Assembly (NCBI RefSeq): GCF_902713615.1
Contig: NC_052168.1
Coordinates: forward strand, 1,922,001 to 1,986,000
DNA: 64,000 bases
Direction: 5' to 3'
Origin: Scyliorhinus canicula
Taxonomy: Eukaryota
Below, piece by piece: positions 23,101 through 33,317 of this stretch (position 1 is the first letter of the stretch; each line of letters starts with the position of its first letter). Made by a program: the position numbers and the translations under genes. The notes under the pieces are model-generated. The model was not told the DNA's origin. It worked only from the letters and a program-made list of their open reading frames with translations, and did not search any database.

Positions 23101-24778
23101 CTAGATGGAATTGAGGTTCAAAAGGAGGAGGTGTTAGCAATTTTAGAAAATGTCAAAATAGATAAGTCCCCTGGGCCAGATGGGATTTATCCTAGGATTC
23201 TCTGGGAAGCCAGGGAGGAGATTGCTGAGCCTTTGTCCTTGATCTTTATGTCGTCTTTGTCGACAGGAATAGTGCCGGAAGACTGGAGGATAGCAAATGT
23301 TGTCCCCTTGTTCAAGAAGGGGAGTAGAGACAACCCTGGTAATTATAGACCTGTGAGCCTTACTTCGGTTGTGGGTAAAATGTTGGAAAAGGTTATAAGA
23401 GATAGGGTTTATAATCATCTTGAAAAGAACAAGTTGATTAGCGATACTCAACACGGTTTTGTGAAGGGTAGGTCATGTCTCACAAACCTTATTGAGTTTT
23501 TTGAGAAGGTGACCAAACAGGTGGATCAGGGTAAAGCTGTTGATGTGGTGTATATGGATTTCAGTAAGGCGTTTGATAAGGTTCCCCACGGTAGGCTATT
23601 GCAGAAAATAAGGAAGTATGGAATTGAAGGTGATTTAGCGGTTTGGATCAGTAATTGGCTAGCTGAAAGAAGACAGAGGGTGGTGGTTGATGGCAAATGT
23701 TCATCCTGGAGTTCAGTTACTAGTGGTGTACCGCAAGGATCTGTTTTGGGGCCACTGCTGTTTGTCATTTTTATAAATGACCTGGAAGAGGGTGTAGAAG
23801 GATGGGTTAGTAAATTTGCAGATGACACGAAGGTCGGTGGAGTTGTGGATAGTGCTGAAGGATGTTATAGGATACAGAGGGACATAGATAAGCTGCAGAG
23901 CTGGGCTGAGAGGTGGCAGATGGAGTTTAATGCGGAAAAGTGTGAGGTGGTTCACTTTGGAAGGAGTAACAGGAATGCAGAGTACTGGGCTAATGGCAAG
24001 ATTCTTGGTAGTGTAGATGAACAGAGAGATCTCGGCATCCAGGTACATAAATCCCTGAAAGTTGCCACCCAGGTTAATAGGGCTGTTAAGAAGGCATATG
24101 GTGTGCTAGCCTTTATAAGCAGGGGGATTGAGTTTCGGAACCACAAGGTCATGCTGCAGCTGTACATAACTCTGGTGCGGCCACACCTGGAGTACTGCGT
24201 GCAGTTCTGGTCACCACATTATAGGAAGGATGTGGAAGCTTTGGAAAGGGTTCAGAGGAGATTTACTAGGATGTTGCCTGGTATGGAGGGAAGGTCTTAC
24301 GAGGAAAGGCTCAGGGAATTGAGGTTGTTTTCGTTAGAGAGGAGAAGGCTGAGAGGTGACTTAATAGAGACATATAAGATAGTCAGAGGGTTAGATAGGG
24401 TGGACAGTGAGAGTCTTTTTCCTCGGATGGTGATGACCAACACGAGGGGACATAGCTTTAAATTGAGGGGTGAGAGATATAGGACAGATGTCAGAGGCAG
24501 TTTCTTTACTCAGAGAGTAGTAGGGGTGTGGAACGCCCTGCCTGCAATAGTAGTAGACTCGCCAACTTTAAGGGTATTTAAGTGGTCACTGGATAGACAT
24601 ATGGATGAAAATGGAATAGTGTAGGTCAGATAGGCTTCAGATGGTTTCACAGGTCGGCGCAACATCGAGGGCCGAAGGGCCCGTACTGCGCTGTAGTGTT
24701 CTATGTTCTATGATCTATGTTCTATGTGTAAGTAGCTGTTCTGATATTGCAGAATTCCAGAATCTGGTAACTACATGA
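8103..24778 (+). CDS. Parvalbumin, beta/oncomodulin-like (109 aa), spliced CDS: 8103-8163, 14746-14878, 19766-19875, 24753-24778
   Basis: Joined exons (all GT-AG; 61/133/110/26 nt, the canonical parvalbumin layout) give [109 protein letters not shown]; two EF-hand loops, R76-E82 pair, C19/F67 beta-type residues; N-terminus resembles oncomodulin. Exact orthology not resolvable here. Confidence 0.93.
8400..12180 (+). mobile_element. Degenerate CR1 LINE RT region, split by a 2.5-kb minisatellite and a SINE
   Basis: [37 protein letters not shown] before array; [10 protein letters not shown] after. Confidence 0.9.
8911..11409. repeat. 23/19-bp mixed minisatellite GGGG(TCCC)ACAGGGATCAGTGTT inside CR1 RT
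   Basis: Direct tandem units. Confidence 0.97.
12200..14306. repeat. 20-bp minisatellite CTGTGACACATTGACCCTGT (~105 units)
   Basis: Direct tandem units. Confidence 0.97.
14746..14878 (+). CDS. Parvalbumin/oncomodulin-like exon with CD EF-hand
   Basis: ctaac branch point + tttcag acceptor; encodes [12 protein letters not shown]; donor gtatgg. Confidence 0.95.
15031..15300 (+). mobile_element. V-core SINE with alternative (GGCTTTTCACAGTAAC) tail
   Basis: Same structure as 32426-32730. Confidence 0.8.
16616..16960 (+). mobile_element. HE1-type SINE with CR1-derived tail
   Basis: tRNA head + V core + CAACATCGAGGGCCGAAGGGCCTG tail matching the CR1 3' end; CTACAGG duplication. Confidence 0.88.
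17793..17972 (-). mobile_element. Short core-less tRNA-derived SINE with the alternative tail (related copies 11805-11983, 34288-34466, 37417-37585, 53285-53464)
   Basis: Head GGGGCTGTTTAGCAC...GGTTCAATTCC; (CATTT)n end; CCTTAGT duplication. Confidence 0.8.
17991..18694. mobile_element. Harbinger-like MITE inserted in CR1
   Basis: TIR GGGCGGAATTCTCC/GGAGAATCGCGCCC, TSD TTG; CR1 frame resumes after it. Confidence 0.88.
19178..19566 (-). mobile_element. Two adjacent V-core SINEs
   Basis: Reverse-complement heads at 19320 and 19566. Confidence 0.78.
19766..19875 (+). CDS. Parvalbumin/oncomodulin-like exon with EF EF-hand
   Basis: [36 protein letters not shown]; ag/gt boundaries; 110 nt. Confidence 0.93.
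20052..20551. repeat. 33-bp minisatellite TTCCTGAAGGTGCTGACTCTCACTGGGACACAG (~15 units)
   Basis: Direct tandem units. Confidence 0.97.
20746..24726 (+). mobile_element. Near-intact CR1-clade (HER1-like) LINE: 5'-truncated ORF1 with SGNH esterase, ORF2 APE-RT, (TTCTATG)n tail; interrupted by a SINE
   Basis: ORF1 GDS/HIGTND/DGLH motifs ending 21491; ORF2 [27 protein letters not shown] ending 24624; 3' stem-loop AGGGCCGAAGGGCCC and microsatellite tail. Confidence 0.95.
22536..22771 (+). mobile_element. Young poly(A)-tailed V-core SINE inserted in CR1 ORF2
   Basis: Perfect 15-bp TSD ATGTTAGGATGAGAC (22521-22535, 22772-22786), pure A tail. Confidence 0.95.
24753..24778 (+). CDS. Parvalbumin/oncomodulin-like last coding exon
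   Basis: ttgcag acceptor, [11 protein letters not shown] completes the EF-hand; AATAAA at 24936. Confidence 0.9.
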
Positions 24779-24935
24779 AGAGGATTCCAGAGGAACATTA
24801 GCTCCAGACTATCCCGAACCCAGAGTCTGCATCACCCCTGGAATTGTGCAAAGTCAATGTGCGAATCCAATTTCGACAAGTCGTACCTGGTTGTTAATCT
24901 CTTCAATCCAGATGGCGATTAATTTAATTAAGAAC

Positions 24936-24941
24936 AATAAA
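24936..24941 (+). terminator. poly(A) signal of parvalbumin gene
   Basis: AATAAA ~160 nt after stop, followed by GT-rich tract. Confidence 0.7.
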
Positions 24942-25228
24942 AGTCTCTTTGTAAACTGTTGTTCAGCATTGTTTTATTGCTGCGTAATGAGTGGAGAGTG
25001 TGTGGGTGGTCCTCAGGACCAAGTATCAGCAACAATTGGATAACTTGCAGATGTTCCAGGGCGGCATGGTGGGTAGCACTGATCAGTGGGCTTGAGTTTT
25101 AATCACTTCCAGGACAAGCTATGGCTGACCTTTCACTCTCCACAGCACACCCTGTTCCAATCCTTTATCAATTGGCAATATCGTTTATCAGCGACACACA
25201 ACCGGGGATGTGAACTCCAAAATACCAC

Positions 25229-25751
25229 GGGCGAAATTCTCCCAAAGGGAGACAAAGTGCCGACGCCCGAGTGAAACCCGCGCATGCGCGGTTGCCGTCT
25301 TCCCCTCCGCTGCCCCGCAAGACATGGAGGATTGATCTTGCTGGGCGGCGGAGGGAAAAGAGTGCGTCTTTCAGAGACTCCGGCCCGCCGATCAGTGGGC
25401 ACCGATCGCGGGCCAGACCCCTCCTGAGCACCCCCCTGGTGCTCGATCCTCCCTCCGCCCCCCACAGGCCCCACACGCAACGGTCGCGCGCTGTTCACGC
25501 CGGCAGCGACCAGGCGTGGTTGATGGCGGCGTGAACCGGTCGGGTTCGGCAGGCCGCTCGGCCCATCCGGGCCAGAGAATCGGCGCTCGACCGGAGTGGC
25601 GATTCTCCGAGCGGCCTGTCGCAAAACGCGACATGCCATTTTTGGGGGGGGGGGGTGGGAGAATCGCGTGCGGGTGCCAGGGCGGCGTGCCGTGATTCGC
25701 CCGGCACTCCCGCGATTCTCCGACCCCACGCCAGGTGGGAGAATCGCGCCC
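25229..25751. mobile_element. Harbinger-like MITE (shorter copy)
   Basis: TIR GGGCGAAATTCTCC/GGAGAATCGCGCCC, TSD CAC. Confidence 0.85.
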
Positions 25752-27654
25752 CACAGTTCTCAACAATTATATCCTTCTGTTCAATTCACGGCATCTGCAG
25801 GAGTCTGGAACTCGCTGCCCGAAAGGGGGGTGGAGGCAGAGACCCTCACAACATTGAATATTTAGAGGTGCATTTGCGATCCCAGGACAGACACGGCTAT
25901 GGGCCAAGTGCTGGGAAATGGGATTAGAATAGTTATCCCAATTTTAAAAAGGGACATTCCTTCATCACTAGTTACTCAATAAACACAGTCATTGGGGAAA
26001 ACAAACACCTTTATTATATTTTATAATCAAAACATAATGTAATCAATAGATTTTGAGTACAATGGAATGTGGTAATTATTCAGCCGTAACTTCCTCAGAG
26101 GGGAATGTGTATCGGATTGTCACTCCGCGCCCAACTACTTGAGTGGATTTTGTTTTTAAATTTAGTGTACCCAATTCATTTTTCCAATTAAGGGGCAATT
26201 TAGCGTGTTCAATCCACCTACCCTGCACATCTTTGGGTTGTGGGGGCGAAACCCACGCAAACACGGGGAGAATGTGCAAACTCAACGCGGACAATGACCC
26301 AGTGCCGGGATTGAACCTGGGACCTCGGCGCCGTGAGGCAACAGGGCTAACCCACTACTTGGCGTGGATTTTGTTCTTTGCCCGTCTTACCCGACTTGGG
26401 CCTGGTGAGCTCGCCCCCTGGGGCCCAGCTTCGAATTCCAGCTCCGTCCCATGTTCGCAGCGACTGCTGCCGTGGTTGGATTGAGCCTGCGGGTGGGATA
26501 GTCTCGGCTCTGGTTTGGGGGGATTGGGGGAAGACCCTTGCAGTTGAGAAGAACCCCGTGGGTGGGAGGAAGAGAAATAGTCCAGCAGCGTGGGCACACC
26601 CCTGAGGGGGTCGGGGGCATCCTGTGAGTGTGGGTCGTTGAGGGGTTGGGGGGGGGGGGGGGGGGGGCAATCTTGTGAGGGTCAGTACAATAGTTACCCA
26701 GATACTGGAAGAGGTTTTAATTCCTCTAACTTTTTCAGGGTAACTGCTGGCGTAACCCTGGCAGGACTATCCAAAGTTTGCAACTTAAATCACAGTTTCG
26801 GATAGTTCCCGGTGGAGGGCAATTGCCCAGGGGAAAGTTTGCACTTTTGGGCAATTGCTGCACAAACCATACCCATGAGGTTCTGAGCAGGGTTCCCCAG
26901 CGCATCTTTGGGGTAATCGCCTCCCAATCCGACGCTGGAAGACTCGGAAGTTACGGCTCCATATGTTTTGGTCTGATTTGCATTCAAAGACTTTACACTC
27001 TTATTTAATCAGAAACATGACTATACTGATACAGACACCAAGCAAGCTCAAGAGATCAAATCAGGATGAATCAGCAACGCTCAACCCTCACCCAGTGCTG
27101 GTCAGTAAAGGCCAAAATTGGACATCTCTGTTGCCTGAGATCAGGAAAGAGTTCAAAGTGTTGTGTAACTATCATTGGCTTCTCCCAATCTCACAAACAA
27201 ACTGATTCTCTGTCGACTCTGCTGAAACTATGATCGGAGGTCTGGATTCCACCGTCTATGAAAATCCCATCACATCTTTAAATTTCTTCACTCAATTCTA
27301 CATTTAAGAAACAATCTTTAAACTAGTTAGATAAAGGCTAATAGTAATAAATGAATGCCTTTCCTAAGACCAAAATAATCTACACTATAAAAAAACTTGT
27401 GTCTCTTTTGCACATTGACTCATCAAGCTTAATCATGTGATCATTTCAACTGATCGTGTTGGTCCCTCAGGCAATACTGATCATAAAACTTGACGTGTGT
27501 TAACGATCTTTCCCTGCAATCCCATTGGTCAATAAAATCATACGCTTGTCTGAGCCTTGGCTCACAGCCAAAACGAAGAGTAAACTATTTATATCCACCA
27601 TCAAACACTGTCCCCAGCATCACTGCCATCAAACACCAACGTCGTGCTCACCAA

Positions 27655-28810
27655 ACAGGAGGTTCGCGAGAATGATCCCTGGAATGAAGAGCTTGTCGTA
27701 TGAGGAGCGGTTGAGGATTCTGGGTCTGTACTCGTTGGAGTTTAGAAGGATGAGGGGGGAATCTTATTGAAACTTACAGGATACTGCGAGGCCTGGATAG
27801 AGTGGACGTGGAGAGGATGTTTCCACTTGTAGGAAAAACTGGAACCAGAGGACACCATCTCAGACTAAAACAGGGATGAGGAGGAATTTCTTCAGCCAGA
27901 GGGTGGTGAATCTGTGGAACTCTTTGCCGCAGAAGGCTGTGGAGGCCAAATCACTGAGTGTCTTTAAGACTGAGATAGATAGGTTGTTGATCAATAAGGG
28001 GGTCAGGGGTTATGGGGAGAAGGCAGGAGAATGCGGCCGAGAAAAATATCAGCCATGATTGAGATAGGCCGAATGGCCTAATTCTGCTCCTATGTCTTAT
28101 GGTCAGTGATAGGGAATCTATCAGAAGGACAGAATCTGTCTCCACTTGGAGAGGCAAGGTTTGATCAGGAATAGTCAGCGTGGCTTTGTCAGAGGGAGGT
28201 CACGCCGAACAAATTTGATTGAATTTTTTGAGCATGCGACCAGGTGTATAGATGAGGGTAGTGTAGTTGATGTAGTTTACACGGATTTCAGCAAAGCCTT
28301 TGACAAGGTCCCACATGGCAGATTTATAAAGAAGTTGGATAGGCTTGGGTTGTTTTCTCTGGAGCAGAGAAGACTGAGGGGCGACCTGATCGAGGTGGAC
28401 AGGATTATGAGGGGCGTGGGCAGGGTGGATAAGGATCAGCTGTTCCCCTTAGTTGAAGGGTCAGTTACGAGGAGGACACAGGTTCAAGGTGAGGGGCAGG
28501 AGGTTTAGGGGGATTTTGAGGAAAAAGTTTTTTACCCAGAGGTTTGGAACGCACTGCCTGGGAGGGTGGTAGAAGCGGGCTGCCTCACATCAGTTAAAAA
28601 TTACCTGGATGAGCACTTGGAACATCTTAACATACAAGGCTATGGGCCAAGTGCTGACAAATGGGATTAGAACAAAGAACAATACAGCAAAGGAACAGGC
28701 CCTTCGGCCCTCCAAGCCTGGAGGGCTTGGCAGGCAGGTCAGGAGTTTTTCATGCTTCGCTGCAGACTCGATGGGCCGAAGGGCCTCTTCTGTGCTGTAT
28801 TTCCTGTGAT
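27655..28810 (+). mobile_element. Two adjacent CR1 3' fragments
   Basis: [40 protein letters not shown]; two CR1 tails. Confidence 0.8.
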
Positions 28811-29097
28811 TCTGTGAGCTGCTCCATAATAAAGGAGAATTGAAGCTACTGCAGCAACAGGTCCAGGATCAGCCCCCGATCCCAGGTCAGTGGGAAGGGG
28901 ATCACGTGTGAGGGTGAGTCAACAGAAAGGGCTGAGGGGCTAGTTTTCGGCCGGCTACTTAAGGGCCTTAGTTACGCCGGCTTGGGAAGGCTGCCTTACT
29001 GCCAGCCCTTCCTGCCTGATTAAATACCCTCCCCACCACCAAACGCACTTCCGGTGGGGCGGTATTTAATTTCTTCAACCCCTCCCCGCCATGTTTA

Positions 29098-29333
29098 GTT
29101 TTATTTATTTTTTAATAAATTTAGAGTACCCAATTATTTTTCCAATTAAGGGTCAATTTAGCGTGGCCAATCCACCTAGCCTGCACATTTTTTGGGTTGT
29201 GGGGGGGCGAAATCCACACAAACACGGGGAGAATGTGCAAACTCCACACGGACAGTGACCCAGAGCTGGGATCGAACCTGGGACCTCGGCGCCGTGAGGC
29301 AGCAGTGCTAACCGCTGTGCCACCGTGCTGCCC
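29098..29333 (-). mobile_element. poly(A)-tailed V-core SINE at 3' end of TRIM56-like gene
   Basis: TSD CCCCGCCATGTTTA 29084-29097 / 29335-29348. Confidence 0.88.
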
Positions 29334-29440
29334 CCCCCGCCATGTTTATTTACAGAGGTTGGATCATAGAGGCAGGTGCTTTATCACCTGACTCGGTCAA
29401 TACAGATGTTTTTATCTGCATAGTGTGGTGCACGTTCATC

Positions 29441-31420
29441 CTAAATGCAATGCTGGAAGCCCCATGATTGGTCCAGATGCAGGTTGTACACTGTAACAAA
29501 ACCATTGCCCTGGCTTACAATCAGGTTGTCATCCTGGTCTACTGTAATGACACGCGGCTTGTGTAGGCCGTCTGCAGCATTCAACAACTGGTCCTTAAAT
29601 ATCCCAGTTGGAGAAAATAAGAGGATCCTACTGGGTTCAGTGACATAAATATTGTCATTTCTATCGACACAGATACTGAAAGGGTTAAGGGCAAGCTGCA
29701 GCCCATTCACGTAACTCTCATCAATGATGGTGAGCACCTCAGCACTCCTGTTGAAAATAACAACACATTTTTTCCCACAATCCGATACGATGAACTCTTC
29801 TTCACTGTTAACGGCAATGAAGAGAAATCTGATACCATCATAGCCCTGTGGCTTAACCCTGGCAATGGCATGCCCGTAAACATCATAGAGAGAGATGGAA
29901 CATAAAGTTCCTTCGCTCACGGCCACATATTGATCCTTATAAGCAGCAATGGGGTAAGTGGACTCCGAACCGCGGAGGAGAAGCTTTCTCACCAATATGC
30001 CACCCATTTCCAGGAAGTGAAGGCGGTGTTTGACAGAGCATGCAATAATATCGCCACACGCAGCAACGCTACATGGATCGTCGTCCTCATCCAACGAGAT
30101 AGTCATATCAAATACTCCATCATTCGCGTATACTTTTAGGACTGAATTCTGTTCATCCACAATAATGATGTCTCTATAGTGGGAAGTGCAGATACCTGTC
30201 AACTTTGGATCATACAAGTCAGAATCGAGGTTTGTGTCGAAGTAATATTTCTGAATTACCCATTCTCTGGGTTGAGCCGGTGGAGGGTTTGCCTGAGTCC
30301 GTTTCTGAAGAGGACTTGGCTGCAATCCAAGAGCTGGTTCTTCGCCAAATGTGATATTGAAAAGATTCCTTTGTGATATCATCTCCTTTATTGATTTGTT
30401 GACAGTTACTTGGGGACTGGGTTTACTTACATCCACGCTGCCCAATGCTTGCAATGCACTAATCTGATCTTCCATAATGCTCGGTAAGCACAGTATCGCT
30501 TTTGCATCAGAAGTTGCTACGGCCCTCGCACAGAATTCTTTGGTTCCTTGTGCTTTTTCCTTCTGAAGCTGAAGTTTAGACTTGGCAGCTTCAAATGCCT
30601 CTTGCTGTTTCTTGACATGATCCGAGACCGTCTTTTTGACGGTATCTCCCTGTTTGAACAAAGTGTTGAGAATCTGTGTCAGAGCGTTCTCTATATTGGA
30701 GATTATGGAGCTTTCCACCGCTTTCATTTTGTCCATTGCTTCATCCAGGTCACCTTCTCTTTGGGCCAACAGCTGAATGTCGCCCCCCAGTCGCTCAAGT
30801 AGACTCCTCACCGTAGCTTTCTTGTCCTCAGCCGCTTCAACCAGTCCAAGTTGTCTGTGACGACTGCAGGATTGGGAGCGACATTTGAAGCAGATCGCAC
30901 GCTCGCAGGTGCTGCAGTAAAAGCAGACTTTGTCTTTGGGGTGGGTCTGGCAGCAGATTTTCTGCTTCACCAGCCGCTCAGCGTCAGATTCGCCAAGGCT
31001 GGCACCAGCCAGGTTCACCAGCACGTGGCTTGGGTGGGCAGACCGATGCTTGACCCCACACGTCTGGCACATGTGACCAGAACAGCCGGCACACTTGACC
31101 ACGGCGGAATTCTTCTTCCTCTGTTCCGCCGGACACAGGTCACAAGTCACCTCCGCCGTCTGTGCGCTTTGGAAAATATCCAGGAGACCATTGATGTGGA
31201 AGTTGGTCTGCAGCTCGCTGACCCCACCACTCAGATTGACAACCTTCCGGCATTCAGGGCACCGTATCCTCTGGCCATCCCGGGTAAGGTTCTCCAGGCA
31301 CTCCTGGCAGTACGTGTGGAGGCACGGCAACATCTTGGGTTGCTTAAACGTATTAAGGCAGATCTTACAATTCAGAAAATCATTTTGGATTTTATCAGCG
31401 ATGTTCGCTGCGGCCGCCAT
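29441..31420 (-). CDS. trim56: TRIM56-like E3 ubiquitin ligase (RING, two B-boxes, coiled coil, NHL-like propeller), 659 aa, single coding exon
   Basis: RING region DFLNCKICLNTFKQPKMLPCLHTYCQECL...RIRCPECR...TNFHINGLLD closely follows TRIM56; strong Kozak cacaccATGG at 31420; splice acceptor ctcttccag at 31439; no filamin domain evident. Confidence 0.85.
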   Translation of the reverse strand: MAAAANIADKIQNDFLNCKICLNTFKQPKMLPCLHTYCQECLENLTRDGQRIRCPECRKVVNLSGGVSELQTNFHINGLLDIFQSAQTAEVTCDLCPAEQRKKNSAVVKCAGCSGHMCQTCGVKHRSAHPSHVLVNLAGASLGESDAERLVKQKICCQTHPKDKVCFYCSTCERAICFKCRSQSCSRHRQLGLVEAAEDKKATVRSLLERLGGDIQLLAQREGDLDEAMDKMKAVESSIISNIENALTQILNTLFKQGDTVKKTVSDHVKKQQEAFEAAKSKLQLQKEKAQGTKEFCARAVATSDAKAILCLPSIMEDQISALQALGSVDVSKPSPQVTVNKSIKEMISQRNLFNITFGEEPALGLQPSPLQKRTQANPPPAQPREWVIQKYYFDTNLDSDLYDPKLTGICTSHYRDIIIVDEQNSVLKVYANDGVFDMTISLDEDDDPCSVAACGDIIACSVKHRLHFLEMGGILVRKLLLRGSESTYPIAAYKDQYVAVSEGTLCSISLYDVYGHAIARVKPQGYDGIRFLFIAVNSEEEFIVSDCGKKCVVIFNRSAEVLTIIDESYVNGLQLALNPFSICVDRNDNIYVTEPSRILLFSPTGIFKDQLLNAADGLHKPRVITVDQDDNLIVSQGNGFVTVYNLHLDQSWGFQHCI

Positions 31421-31551
31421 GGTGTGCCCACACAAAATCTGGAAGAGAGCAGAATAGAAACCACACGGTCAGACATTCACCCCTGCAGATAATTGACTTG
31501 TTATTTGCGATTTGGGAGAATCAGACTGAGCTCAGAAGGTGCCACGTGCAA

Positions 31552-31606
31552 GAAACGAAACTTTAGGCATTGTTGACCAGGAATTTGCTGAATAGAAACT
31601 GAAAGT
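31552..31606. promoter_or_regulatory. Two ISRE/IRF-E-like motifs in TRIM56-like intron 1
   Basis: GAAACGAAACT 31552-31562 and GAAACTGAAAGT 31595-31606. Confidence 0.5.
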
Positions 31607-32087
31607 AAACTGGTGGCGAGAGAGGGAAGGGGGGGGGGGGTGTTAATACAGCTGGAGGAGGGGGTAGGGGAGCCCCTTTTGATACAATTCCCTGAGATGC
31701 TGAGTTGAAGGATTTGCATTGCAGTCCCTGGGGTCTGAAACTCACTCAACTCCCTCTCGCCGATCGCACAAACAAAGAAGCGGAAGGTGCACATTGAATC
31801 CTCGGCCTCACTGTAAACTCCCATCCCCCCTGGCACTGAGCCCAAACTGGGAGCAGATCAGGAGCTGGGAGCCTGGGACCCAGAGCCAGGCTGTAGCTCA
31901 GAGTGGGGGCTCCCCTCCCCTCCCCAATCTGTCCCAGATTCCTGTGCAATGCAACACCCCCCAATTTACCCCCCAACACAAGAGGAAGCAGCTGGAAGAA
32001 TGAATGCCTTGCCCAGGGGGGGTTTGTGCAGACAGGGGCAGAGTCTGTGCAGCTTTGAGCATCTCTGATCCCCTCCCACACACTTAC

Positions 32088-32262
32088 CTGGCAGGCTGGG
32101 GGTTCCGGGCACCTCTCTGCTCTCCCAGCCTAATTCCGTGTCCCTGTTATCACCATTGGGAGGATGGGCAGCTCTCAGCCACACCTCCCTGACGTCTGTA
32201 TTTACTGAAACTGAAAGATTAACCCCTTGCTCGTCGCAGACCTCCCATCCCAGGGCGTTTCC
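32088..32262 (-). promoter_or_regulatory. Putative non-coding exon 1 / promoter of TRIM56-like gene with ISRE
   Basis: Minus-strand donor CAG|GTAAGT at 32088/32087; GAAACTGAAAG 32207-32217; NF-kB-like GGGCGTTTCC 32253-32262. Confidence 0.55.
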
Positions 32263-32425
32263 TCGCTGAATATTCCAATTGCGTTGAAGCAACTCAAGTT
32301 GCAAATTGAGCTGTGCAGACAACTTAAGTATCATTGCACCTTTTGCAAGAAATGTTCCTTTGTGTTTTGAAAAGAAATGTTTTTATTGGCGTTTTTCAAT
32401 TTTACAGATGGATACTTTTTTTTAT

Positions 32426-32730
32426 GGGTGCCACAGTGGGTTAACACTGTTGCTTCACAGCTCCAGGGTCCCGGCTTCGATTCCCGGTTTGGGTCACTGT
32501 CTGTGCGGAGTCTGCACGTTCTCCCCATGTCTGCGTGGGTTTCCTCCGGGTGCTCCGGTTTCCTCCCACAAGTCCAGAAAGACGTGCTGATGGGTGAATT
32601 GGACATTCTGACTTCTCCCTCTGTCTACCCGAACAGGCGCCGGAGTGTGGCAACTAGGGGATTTTCACTGTAACTTCATTGCAGTGTTAATGTAAGCCTA
32701 CTTGTTACACTAATAAAGATTATTATTGTT
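32426..32730 (+). mobile_element. V-core SINE with alternative tail ending (ATT)n
   Basis: V core + CCGAACAGGCGCCGGA...TTTTCACTGTAACTTC...AATAAAGATTATTATT. Confidence 0.8.
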
Positions 32731-32859
32731 ATTAACGAATGTTGTGTCTGGTATTTACATGTTGTACAGTTTCTTATTTACATACATATTTCCTAACGTA
32801 CATTCGATAGGCCGAATGGCCTCCTTCTGCACTGTAAATTTTATGATTCTACCCATATC

Positions 32860-33250
32860 CCCTGCCCCCTACCTGTCCCCTCGTTGGTTACCCCCTCTTC
32901 CCCCCAAGTGTCCTATTGCTGAGCTCCCCTCTTCTCTGCGGCTTTTGTTGTTGACCTAGTGGGTTCGGGGAGCGCGACATCTTGCCCCCTCCCCACCCCC
33001 CCTTTTCCCCCCTGTGGCTCCCTTGGGTTCCGTCCTCATCTCCTCCCCCCTTTGTATCTCCTCGTTGCATGCATTCTTGTCTGCTCTCCCCCCCATTTAC
33101 CCCTCTTTCCCTCATCGCTGGGCCTCGAACAGGCTGATGAAGGGCCCCCATGCTTTGTGAAAGCCCTCTTCTGACCCTCAGAGGGTGAACTTAATCTTCT
33201 CCAGGTGTAGAAACTCCACCAGGCCTGCCAGCCATTCTGCAGCTGTGGGT
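32860..33250 (-). mobile_element. L1/Tx1-like ORF2 C-terminal fragment and G-rich 3' UTR
   Basis: Minus strand reads EFLHLEKIKFTL*GSEEGFHKAWGPFISLFE. Confidence 0.55.
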
Positions 33251-33317
33251 GGTGCGTAGAAAACCTGAATATTATTGGACTTTGTCTGACAGCCACTTCG
33301 AAATGTTTGCAATATTC

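Noticed and set aside
31421-31435. ORF-track start MCGHT for the TRIM gene
   Set aside because: Non-ATG start; real ATG with strong Kozak is at 31420
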